Origin: Methanocaldococcus jannaschii DSM 2661
Lineage (GTDB): Archaea > AGJL01 > Methanococci > Methanococcales > Methanocaldococcaceae
Assembly (NCBI RefSeq): GCF_000091665.1
Contig: NC_000909.1
Span: forward strand, 122,871 to 154,870
DNA: 32,000 nucleotides
Direction: 5' to 3'
The notes under the pieces were generated by a model, which saw only the letters and a program-made list of their open reading frames with translations, searched no databases and had not been told where the DNA came from. The translations under genes were made by a program, and so were the position numbers. Below are positions 8,597 to 17,368 of the stretch, in pieces. Position 1 is the stretch's first letter, and every line of letters begins with the position of its first letter.

Positions 8597-9682
8597 ATGA
8601 TTTCAAAAGATGAGATTTTAGAGATTTTTGATAAATACAACAAAGATGAGATAACAATAGCAACATTAGGAAGCCATACCTCTTTGCATATTTTAAAAGG
8701 AGCTAAATTAGAAGGCTTTTCTACTGTTTGTATAACTATGAAGGGAAGAGATGTTCCATACAAGAGATTTAAAGTTGCTGATAAATTTATATATGTTGAT
8801 AACTTTTCTGACATAAAAAATGAAGAGATTCAAGAGAAATTGAGAGAGTTAAATTCTATTGTAGTTCCACACGGCTCTTTTATTGCATACTGTGGTTTAG
8901 ACAATGTGGAAAATAGTTTTTTAGTCCCAATGTTTGGGAATAGGAGAATATTAAGATGGGAATCAGAGAGAAGCTTAGAAGGAAAGCTGTTGAGAGAAGC
9001 TGGATTAAGAGTTCCTAAGAAGTATGAAAGCCCAGAAGACATTGATGGAACAGTTATAGTCAAATTCCCAGGGGCAAGAGGTGGAAGAGGTTACTTTATA
9101 GCTTCATCAACAGAGGAATTTTATAAAAAAGCTGAGGATTTAAAGAAAAGAGGAATATTGACTGATGAAGACATAGCCAACGCACATATAGAAGAGTATG
9201 TTGTTGGAACTAACTTCTGCATACATTATTTCTACTCTCCATTGAAGGATGAAGTTGAGTTATTGGGAATGGACAAGAGATATGAAAGTAATATAGATGG
9301 TTTAGTTAGAATTCCAGCAAAAGACCAATTAGAGATGAATATAAATCCAAGCTATGTGATTACTGGAAATATTCCAGTTGTTATTAGGGAGAGTTTATTA
9401 CCTCAAGTCTTTGAGATGGGGGATAAGTTAGTTGCTAAGGCTAAAGAGCTTGTTCCACCAGGAATGATTGGACCTTTCTGTTTGCAGAGTTTATGTAATG
9501 AGAATCTTGAATTAGTTGTCTTTGAAATGAGTGCAAGAGTTGATGGTGGAACAAACAGCTTTATGAATGGTGGCCCTTACTCTTTCCTATACAATGGAGA
9601 GCCATTGAGTATGGGGCAGAGAATTGCAAGAGAGATAAAGATGGCTCTACAATTAGATATGATTGATAAGATTATTTCATAA
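8597..9682 (+). CDS. purP: 5-formaminoimidazole-4-carboxamide ribonucleotide (FAICAR) synthetase PurP
   Basis: ORF 361 aa; ATP-grasp-like sequence matching the archaeal PurP family (GSHTSLHILKGAK, MSARVDGGTNSFMNG). Confidence 0.93.
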   Translation: MISKDEILEIFDKYNKDEITIATLGSHTSLHILKGAKLEGFSTVCITMKGRDVPYKRFKVADKFIYVDNFSDIKNEEIQEKLRELNSIVVPHGSFIAYCGLDNVENSFLVPMFGNRRILRWESERSLEGKLLREAGLRVPKKYESPEDIDGTVIVKFPGARGGRGYFIASSTEEFYKKAEDLKKRGILTDEDIANAHIEEYVVGTNFCIHYFYSPLKDEVELLGMDKRYESNIDGLVRIPAKDQLEMNINPSYVITGNIPVVIRESLLPQVFEMGDKLVAKAKELVPPGMIGPFCLQSLCNENLELVVFEMSARVDGGTNSFMNGGPYSFLYNGEPLSMGQRIAREIKMALQLDMIDKIIS

Positions 9683-10051
9683 GTTAGTATCTTGTGAAAA
9701 ATTTAATATTGCTTAGCTTTATTTCTTTAAAACTTTATTCGTTTATTTAGAGGTTTTAAATTTAATTTCTAAGGGTTTGCTGGTTTGATTGTTTAGAATA
9801 TTTAACTTAATCAAATTATTCAGATTTTTGAAAATTAAGATTAATTAGGCAAGTAAATAAAATTTCTCTAACTAATAAGTTAAATTTTTGGATTTAAAAA
9901 GATAAGAATGCTCTGTTTTATTAAAGGGAGAAAATTTTAAATATTAAAAGGTTTATATTATGGAGTAGTTACTTACCCTTAGAAAAATATGGTATAGAAA
10001 AGCTTAAATATTAAGAGTGATGAAGTATATTATGTTGTGAATGATTGCCCT
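9683..10051 (+). promoter_or_regulatory. putative AT-rich CRISPR leader
   Basis: ORF-free AT-rich sequence abutting the conserved end of the array; opposite end has degenerate repeats. Confidence 0.6.
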
Positions 10052-11130
10052 ATTAAAATCAGACCGTTTCGGAATGGAAATCAGGGAGGTAGGAGGGAGG
10101 TTCTCCTTGGATTTCTATTAAAATCAGACCGTTTCGGAATGGAAATCTATTAAGTCCCATGCAGACCTACCAATACGTTCATAGTAAGGCCTAATTAAAA
10201 TCAGACCGTTTCGGAATGGAAATTATGTTACAAAAGTTGGAGAGGAAGATTTAAAACTTGATTAAAATCAGACCGTTTCGGAATGGAAATTTAATTCTAA
10301 TGCCTTGTTTTTTACATCTTCTGGAAATTAAAATCAGACCGTTTCGGAATGGAAATGTCTTTAATTTCATCTCTATAGCTTCTTCTATTGCTTTAAATTA
10401 AAATCAGACCGTTTCGGAATGGAAATAATGTAAATTTAAAAATATAACGTTGCAAATAAGGAATTAAAATCAGACCGTTTCGGAATGGAAATCAGTAGTT
10501 AAAACTTAAAGCACAAAACACCTTCATTCCATTAAAATCAGACCGTTTCGGAATGGAAATGAAGTATTTTTATCTTTTGCGATATTTTCTATAATCTCAT
10601 CAATTAAAATCAGACCGTTTCGGAATGGAAATTATTTTTGTTGTTTAAATCTATTGTGTATAATGTGGTAATTAAAATCAGACCGTTTCGGAATGGAAAC
10701 TTTTTGCTTCATTTTCATTTAAATTAACTATAAAACAGTAATTAAAATCAGACCGTTTCGGAATGGAAACATGGAGCAAAACAACATATTGTTTTAATAG
10801 TGGATGATTTTTAATTAAAATCAGACCGTTTCGGAATGGAAACGCATTACAGAATTTATATTATTTATATACTGTTTATGATTAAAATCAGACCGTTTCG
10901 GAATGGAAACAAAACACCACCTTCAATAAACTTATCAATTTGATATTTATTAAAATCAGACCGATTCGGAATGGAAATTGTATTAATTCCAGTTGTAATA
11001 TTTGATAATGAGACATTAAAATCAGATTAAAATCAGACCGTTTCGGAATGGAAACTTTATCTAATTTAACCCGCTTATGGTTTTAGATGAACCCCGCTCC
11101 ATTAAAATCAGACCGATTCGGAATGTGAAA
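10052..11130 (+). CRISPR. CRISPR array, 16 repeats / 15 spacers, repeat ATTAAAATCAGACCGTTTCGGAATGGAAA(T/C); no cas genes in window
   Basis: Repeats at about 10052, 10117, 10194, 10261, 10327, 10397, 10464, 10531, 10603, 10671, 10741, 10814, 10881, 10949, 11026, 11101; spacers mostly 36-48 nt. Confidence 0.99.
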
Positions 11131-11243
11131 ATCCCTTAGCTTTTTTTATATTGTCTTATTAATAGGATAGAAATCTGTAAAAATAGAGTTATTTAGATTT
11201 AATGATAATTGCAACATAAAAAAGTATAATGTAATTAATTATT

Positions 11244-12104
11244 CTATTTAGCCCCATTCTCCTGTTTTACTGGATATGGCATAAATTCAACTGTTCCCCT
11301 TTGTCTTACTGGTTGCTTATACAATTCCATTAATGTATAAACCTCTTCAGGAACATTCGTATCTACATCTAAACCAAGTTCTTTAGCTTCTTCAACAGTT
11401 ATTGGATAGTCATGAGTCCATCTTCCTTCTGTTAATATCTTAGACAATTCTTTGGCTTTTTCTTCTCCATACTTATCCTTCAATAAATTATATACAAAAT
11501 TTTGAACTTGATTTATTGCTTTTTTAGCAATATCTGCCAATATTAATGTTTGGTCGTCTGCTTTATCAGCCCCTTTCTGCTCTACAGCTTTAACTATACT
11601 TGGAGCAGGATATTGCCCAAGTTGTGGGTCTACAGGTCCCAAAACTGCATTTTCATCCATGATTATTTTATCTGCAGCTAAAGCTATTAAAGTTCCTCCA
11701 CTCATTGCATAGTGTGGAACTATAACTCTCGTCTCTGCTGGATGAGCTTTTAATGCCTTTGCTATTTGAGTAGCTGCCAAGACTAAACCTCCTGGTGTGT
11801 GTATAATTAAATCTATAGGTTTATCTTTTGGAGCTGCCCTTATGGCCCTCAAAATCTCCTCACTATCTTCAATTGTTATAAATTTATAAACTGGAATTCC
11901 AAACAAGCCAATACTCTCCTGCCTATGTATCATAGTTATTACTGTTGAATTTCTTTTATTTGATAGCTCTCTAAGTATTTTTAATCTTGCAAGTTGTAAT
12001 TGCTTATACTGTATTTGAGGAGCCATAATTAAATAAAAGAACAAAAGCCACCAAATTAATGAGCTAATAAAACCACTTAATGGGTCCATTTTCTCCCCCC
12101 ACAT
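11244..12104 (-). CDS. SDH/ClpP-class serine peptidase-like membrane-associated protein
   Basis: ORF 286 aa; IDLIIHTPGGLVLAA and MSGGTLIALAAD motifs; N-terminal hydrophobic segment. Confidence 0.85.
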   Translation of the reverse strand: MWGEKMDPLSGFISSLIWWLLFFYLIMAPQIQYKQLQLARLKILRELSNKRNSTVITMIHRQESIGLFGIPVYKFITIEDSEEILRAIRAAPKDKPIDLIIHTPGGLVLAATQIAKALKAHPAETRVIVPHYAMSGGTLIALAADKIIMDENAVLGPVDPQLGQYPAPSIVKAVEQKGADKADDQTLILADIAKKAINQVQNFVYNLLKDKYGEEKAKELSKILTEGRWTHDYPITVEEAKELGLDVDTNVPEEVYTLMELYKQPVRQRGTVEFMPYPVKQENGAK

Positions 12105-12138
12105 AAATAAAATGAAAGTTCTTTTAGATTATCTTTCT

Positions 12139-12300
12139 CATCCAATTATCTAACCTCTCTAAAAAGTTATCTCCCCATAGGGCTATCGCCCTATTGGTAT
12201 ACCCGGGATGCATTGCCTCGCTTACGCTCGGCAATGCCTCTTAAATTAATATTTATTAATATTTTCCATCCAATTATCTAACCTCTCTAAAAAGTTATCT
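12139..12300 (-). repeat. hairpin insert (about 12173-12266) flanked by perfect 34-bp direct copies (12139-12172 and 12267-12300) of the CobB-like gene 3' end
   Basis: catccaattatctaacctctctaaaaagttatct present twice; encodes [11 protein letters not shown] in both. Confidence 0.9.
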
Positions 12301-13694
12301 TCCTCATCCTTTATATGATTATTTATTTCAACCTCTGGGATTTCTATTTCTAAATCAACATTAAAGGCATTTCTGCAGAAGCTTTCATAATCAATCTCTA
12401 CTTCTGGAATTAGTCCCCTACTCTCATTAGCTATTTTTCCAACTCCATAGAGCTTTATGTTATGTTTTTCAGCCAAACTTTTTAATTTATTGAAAGAGTT
12501 CCAATCATAGACTTTATTTAAAATTACTCCTTCAACTTTAATCCCAATATCTTTGAGTAGGCTGTAATAAGCCATTGCCTCTACAAAAGCTCCCTCTATC
12601 CCACTTATATTGCAAGCACTTACTATATAAACTGGAAATCCAAGCTTTTTGGCTATTTGATAAGAGGAAATATTTTTTAATGCTGCAGTAAAAGCTCCCA
12701 TAACCCCTTCAACAATTATGTAATCATAATCTGACTTTTTTATATAATCTAAAAATTTAGAAACATCAACCCATCCTCTCTCTCCAATCTTTATGCTGTT
12801 GTATTTTGTCATCTTCTCTCTCAATAAATAAAGAGCTGGCACTATATCCCTAACATCCCCGCCAATCTTAGCAACAAAAACTCTTCCATTTAATTTTGAT
12901 GATAAAGCAGTTGTTAAAAACGTCTTTCCACTGTTTGATGATGTTGCCAATAAAATAATCCCTCTTTTTTTATTAACATCTTTTTTATTATTCTCTTTTA
13001 GTAATTTTGGGTTTAATCTATATTTTAAAGCCCTCTTTTTTAATTCATCTTTTATAATCTTATTTTTTTCAAATATTTCCTCTTTCTCATCCTCTGTAAC
13101 TCCCAAATGTTTTAAAAAATTGTCTCTGACAAATTCATTATCTAAGAAGTTATGAACCATTGTTCCAAACACTTTTCCTTTAAAAGCTCCAGAGATAATT
13201 TCTTTTTCAGCTCCAAGTTTATAATTTAGCTTTTTTACTTTTGAAACTGTTAGAATTTTAGTTTCTTTATCAACTACCTCAATATTTCCATAAGTATGGC
13301 AGTGAAACCCTTCTCCCTTTCCCTCTCCAAATATTGATTTTTTTACTTCAAATTCTACTCTATCTGTGCAAACTAATGGAGAAAACTCAACATCCAACAA
13401 ACCTAAGCCCTCTTTAATTATTGGAACGCTGCTTTTTCTTCCAATGTCTATCTTTTTAGCTAATATCTGAAAACCACTGCAAATGCCAATTATATACCCA
13501 TTAAAGTTAATTATTTCTTTTTTTAAATCATCATTTAATGATTTACTTTCAATTAAACTTCCTCCAGGTATTATCAAAGCATCTAAATCTTTAATTTCTT
13601 TATAATTATTTTCAGTTATAATCTTTGTTGGTAGATTGCCGAAATCTTCAAATAATGGAAGAGACCCCTTAATATCCAAAATACCAATTTCCAT
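12246..13694 (-). CDS. CobB/CobQ-like amidotransferase plus AAA-like P-loop protein (cobyrinate a,c-diamide synthase / dethiobiotin synthase related)
   Basis: ORF 482 aa; GICSGFQIL amidotransferase nucleophile region, [17 protein letters not shown]-loop. Confidence 0.75.
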
Positions 13695-13743
13695 TGGATA
13701 TCACCAAAAATATTTGTTATAAAAATTTCAAATTGGGATATAA

Positions 13744-14373
13744 ATGAACTTAAAAGATAGGCGGTTAAAGAAAATAATGGAAGTATTGAGTTTAATTTTT
13801 ACATTTGAGATAGTCGCTTCTTTCATTCTCTCAACATATAATCCACCGTATCAAGACTTACTAATAAAGTTAGATTATATCTCTATTATGTTCTTTACAT
13901 TTGAGTTTATATACAATTTTTATTATGTTGAAGACAAGGCAAAGTTTTTTAAAGACATTTACAATATTGTTGATGCCATAGTTGTTATTGCTTTCTTACT
14001 GTATTCTTTACAGGTATTTTATTCAAAGGCATTCTTAGGACTTAGGGTTATAAACCTACTAAGAATTTTAGTTTTACTTAGAATAATTAAGTTAAGAAAG
14101 TTAGAAGAAAATCAGGCATTAATAAACTTTCTAACATTATTAACAATTTGCTTTATTGCTTCCTGCTTAATATGGATTGTCGAATCAGGTGTAAATCCAG
14201 CAATAAACAATTTCTTTGATGCTTTTTATTTCACAACAATATCAATAACAACGGTTGGTTATGGAGATATAACACCAAAAACAGATGCTGGGAAGCTAAT
14301 AATAATATTCTCAGTCCTATTCTTTATATCTGGTTTAATAACCTCTTTACAAAAGGCATTAAAGGGAGATTAA
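13744..14373 (+). CDS. mvp: voltage-gated-like potassium channel (MVP type)
   Basis: ORF 209 aa; S4-like LLRILVLLRIIKLRKLEE and TTVGYGD selectivity filter. Confidence 0.9.
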   Translation: MNLKDRRLKKIMEVLSLIFTFEIVASFILSTYNPPYQDLLIKLDYISIMFFTFEFIYNFYYVEDKAKFFKDIYNIVDAIVVIAFLLYSLQVFYSKAFLGLRVINLLRILVLLRIIKLRKLEENQALINFLTLLTICFIASCLIWIVESGVNPAINNFFDAFYFTTISITTVGYGDITPKTDAGKLIIIFSVLFFISGLITSLQKALKGD

Positions 14374-15375
14374 ATGGAAACTTATGAGAAGATAGAGCTT
14401 GGTATAATAGTTATCATCTTACTCATCTTAATTGAATCAGTAATATTAATGACAGTTGAAGGCTGGGACTTTTTCACAGCCTTTTATACTGCTGTTGTTA
14501 CAATATCAACAGTTGGTTATGGAGATTACACTCCACAAACATTTCTTGGAAAACTTTCAGTTATAATTTACATATTTGCAGGTGTTGGAGCAGTTGCATA
14601 TACTATGGGAAACATTGCAAGTTTTTTCATTGAAGGGCATTTTAGAAAATACTTCAGGTTGAGAAAGATGATGGACAGAATTAAAAAACTAAATAACCAT
14701 TATATCATCTGCGGTTATGGAAGATTAGGAAAAGTAATAGCTGAAGAGTTTAAAAAATGTAATATTCCATTTGTTATCATTGATTCAGATGAAAAATTAT
14801 TAGAAGAAGCTCTTGAGAAAGACCCAAATCTTATCTGCATTGTTGGAGATGCAACATCAGACGATATTTTAAAAAAGGCAAAGATTGAAAAAGCTAAAGG
14901 ATTGATTTCAGTAGTTTCATCAGATGCTGAAAACGTTTTCATAACCTTATCAGCAAAAAAGTTAAATCCAAACATCTACATAGTCGCAAAAGCAGAAAAG
15001 CCATCAACGTTGGATAAACTAATAAAAGCAGGAGCTGATAGGGCGGTTTGCCCCTATATAGTTGGAGGAATGGAAATTGCAAGAATAGCTATAAATCCCG
15101 ATATTGTTGAATTTATCCATTCCTTAGTGGCTACAGAAGAGGATATGGAAGTTAGAAGATACATTGTAAAAAATAAAGAACTTGATAACAAACTTTTAAA
15201 GGATTCTGGCATTAGGGAAAAAACTGGAGCCACAATTTTAGCAGTTAAAAAAGGAGATAAAACAATTACAAGTCCTCCTCCTGACACAGTAATTAATATT
15301 GGAGACATCATTTATGCCTTTGGGACTAAAGAACAGCTTGAGAAGTTAAAAAGATATGTTGAGGGAGTAGAATAA
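14374..15375 (+). CDS. 2-TM potassium channel with cytoplasmic RCK (TrkA-N/TrkA-C) domains
   Basis: ORF 333 aa; STVGYGDYTP filter; ICGYGRLGKVIAEEF Rossmann motif. Confidence 0.92.
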   Translation: METYEKIELGIIVIILLILIESVILMTVEGWDFFTAFYTAVVTISTVGYGDYTPQTFLGKLSVIIYIFAGVGAVAYTMGNIASFFIEGHFRKYFRLRKMMDRIKKLNNHYIICGYGRLGKVIAEEFKKCNIPFVIIDSDEKLLEEALEKDPNLICIVGDATSDDILKKAKIEKAKGLISVVSSDAENVFITLSAKKLNPNIYIVAKAEKPSTLDKLIKAGADRAVCPYIVGGMEIARIAINPDIVEFIHSLVATEEDMEVRRYIVKNKELDNKLLKDSGIREKTGATILAVKKGDKTITSPPPDTVINIGDIIYAFGTKEQLEKLKRYVEGVE

Positions 15376-15473
15376 ACTAAAAATAGAAAATGGGGCTCGG
15401 GAGATACAAATGAAACTTTTAGAAAAAGTTTCATCAAAATGGAATGGGTATTCAGAAAAAGGTCTAAAATTAT

Positions 15474-15549
15474 TGGTGGGCTCGGCGGGATTCGAACCCG
15501 CGACCACCGCCTTGTGAGGGCGGCGTCATAGCCACTAGACCACGAGCCC
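15474..15549 (-). tRNA. tRNA-Val (anticodon CAC), CCA encoded
   Basis: Acceptor stem GGGCTCG/CGAGCCC, anticodon arm CCGCC-CTCACAA-GGCGG, T-arm CGCGGGTTCGAATCCCGC. Confidence 0.95.
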
Positions 15550-15603
15550 ATCTAATAAGTTTTAACTGATGTTTGAATATAAAATTTTTATGGTATTGTA
15601 AGA

Positions 15604-15960
15604 GATTGTCAAGTTAGTGATTTCACCCAATTATAGAACATCATGAAGCTTTTTATCCAACTAACAACCGTATCGAATTTACTATTACTTGGAAATCTAT
15701 TTAAAACCTCTTTAATCTTGTGATAATAAATTCTAACCGATTCGTGGCTTATGTCTTCGAATTGGGAAAGGAATAAACTTACCTTCCTTAACGATAACCC
15801 GAGGTAGTATAAAAGCCCTGCTAAGATTTTAACCTCTATCGATTTCCTATTCCTTTTAAAAAGCTTCCTCTCTACGATTCTCTCCTTTATAACTTCTATC
15901 GTGAGCCTCATAGTTTATTATTTTTTATCAATATTTAATAAAAACTTAACTTGACAGTCC
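15604..15960 (-). mobile_element. truncated non-autonomous IS remnant with terminal inverted repeats (gattgtcaagtta ... taacttgacagtcc)
   Basis: TIRs match at 12 of 13 positions and enclose an N-terminal transposase fragment (15609..15911). Confidence 0.75.
15609..15911 (-). pseudogene. N-terminal fragment of an IS6/IS240-like transposase
   Basis: [33 protein letters not shown] resembles the N-terminal domain of archaeal IS6-type transposases; no catalytic DDE region in the 357-bp unit. Confidence 0.7.
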
Positions 15961-16049
15961 CTATAATAAGTTTTAAAATTCACTTGTTCTAACTCTAATA
16001 TAATATTCACTATATCTAATAAATACTTTCTAACTATGGGAGGGATAAT

Positions 16050-16670
16050 TTGCTTCCTATTTTGTTATCTTTTGAAGGAAAGAAAGTGGCAGTATTTGGT
16101 TGTGGAAGTGTAGGAAAAAGGAGAGCTAAGAAAATATTAAAAAGTGGAGGGATTGTTGATATATACTCTAAAGAATTTGATGAAGAAATAAAAAAATTAA
16201 AAGAAAGCAATAAAAATCTAAATTTAATTGAAATTGATATTAATCAGTTAAGTGATGAAGAGCTAAAAAATATTATAATGAAGTATGATTTTATAGTAAC
16301 AGCTATCAACGATGAAATTAATAAGAGAATTGTTAAATTAGCTAAAGAGCTAAACAAATTTGTAAATTCTTCAACAAAGACAGAAGGAGTTAATTTTATC
16401 ATCCCTGCTTATACAGAGGTTGATGAAGTAATATTCAGCATATACACAAAAGGAAAAAGTCCTTTAATAGCTAAGCATATAAGAATTTTTGTTGAAAACT
16501 ATCTAAAATCAACTGACATAAATATGATAGCCTATATAAGAGAGTTTTTAAAAGAGACAATTCCTAAACAGAAAGATAGGGAAAAAATATTAAAAAAGAT
16601 TTTTGAAAATGAAAAATTTAGAGAAGAATTAAAAAAATTAATAGAGAAGTGGGAAAATGGAAATCATTGA
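16050..16670 (+). CDS. precorrin-2 dehydrogenase / siroheme synthase (CysG-N-like)
   Basis: ORF 206 aa; VAVFGCGSVGKRRAKKILKSGG, NSSTKTEGVNFIIPA. Confidence 0.85.
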   Translation: MLPILLSFEGKKVAVFGCGSVGKRRAKKILKSGGIVDIYSKEFDEEIKKLKESNKNLNLIEIDINQLSDEELKNIIMKYDFIVTAINDEINKRIVKLAKELNKFVNSSTKTEGVNFIIPAYTEVDEVIFSIYTKGKSPLIAKHIRIFVENYLKSTDINMIAYIREFLKETIPKQKDREKILKKIFENEKFREELKKLIEKWENGNH

Positions 16671-16956
16671 AATTATAAAGGAGTTTAAAAAGGATATATC
16701 AACCATTTTAAAAGATAAATTAGACAGAGTTATTTTATTTGGAAGTTATGCAAGAGGAGATTATGATGAAGAGAGCGATGTTGATGTTTTAATTTTAGTT
16801 AAAGAAATGCCTACTCTTAAAGAAAAACAAAAAATTATTAAAATTGCCTCAAGATACTCATTAAAATATGATATTCTAATTAGCCCAATAATTTACAAAA
16901 AAACTATAAAAACGTCTTTTATTGATGAGGTTGAAAATTATGGAGTTGAGGTATAA
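16657..16956 (+). CDS. minimal nucleotidyltransferase (MNT) domain protein
   Basis: ORF 99 aa; FGSYARGDYDEESDVDVLI. Confidence 0.9.
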   Translation: MEIIEIIKEFKKDISTILKDKLDRVILFGSYARGDYDEESDVDVLILVKEMPTLKEKQKIIKIASRYSLKYDILISPIIYKKTIKTSFIDEVENYGVEV

Positions 16957-17368
16957 AAGAGAGCTTGAAAAATTAATAGAAAAAGCAGAAAAATCATTAG
17001 AAGCATCAGAAAATCTTTATAATAGCGAATTTTATGATTTTGCTGTTTCAAGAATATACTACTCAATGTTTTATTGTGTTAAGGCTTTATTATTAACAAA
17101 AGAAATTAATCCTAAAAAACACAGTGGAGTTTTAAAAATGTTTGCAAAGGAATTTATAAAAACTAATGAGTTAGATGTTGAATTATTTGAATATATAAAT
17201 GAAGCATACAATTATAGGCAAACAGCTGATTATGACGCAACCATTGAAATAAAAAAGGAAGAGGCTGAATATTTACTTCACAAAGGGCATATATTCTTAA
17301 ATAAAACTAAAAAATACTTAATATCAAAAAATATACTAAAGGGAGAGAATGATAATACTAAAAGCTGA
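16922..17368 (+). CDS. HEPN domain protein
   Basis: ORF 148 aa; SRIYYSMFYCVKALLL and YNYRQTADYDA. Confidence 0.85.
   Translation: MMRLKIMELRYKRELEKLIEKAEKSLEASENLYNSEFYDFAVSRIYYSMFYCVKALLLTKEINPKKHSGVLKMFAKEFIKTNELDVELFEYINEAYNYRQTADYDATIEIKKEEAEYLLHKGHIFLNKTKKYLISKNILKGENDNTKS

Noticed and set aside
10017-10023. GTGATGA resembling a C/D box sRNA C box just before the CRISPR array
   Set aside because: No convincing D box (CUGA) or internal C'/D' pair at suitable spacing.
9683-11243. Search for cas genes near the CRISPR array
   Set aside because: No Cas1, Cas2, Cas6 or effector-like ORFs in the window; array reported as orphan within this window only.
15312-15551. 79-aa minus-strand ORF (MGSWSSGYDAALTRRWSRVRIPPSPP...)
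   Set aside because: Its N-terminus is a translation of the tRNA-Val gene and the rest is antisense/intergenic; spurious.
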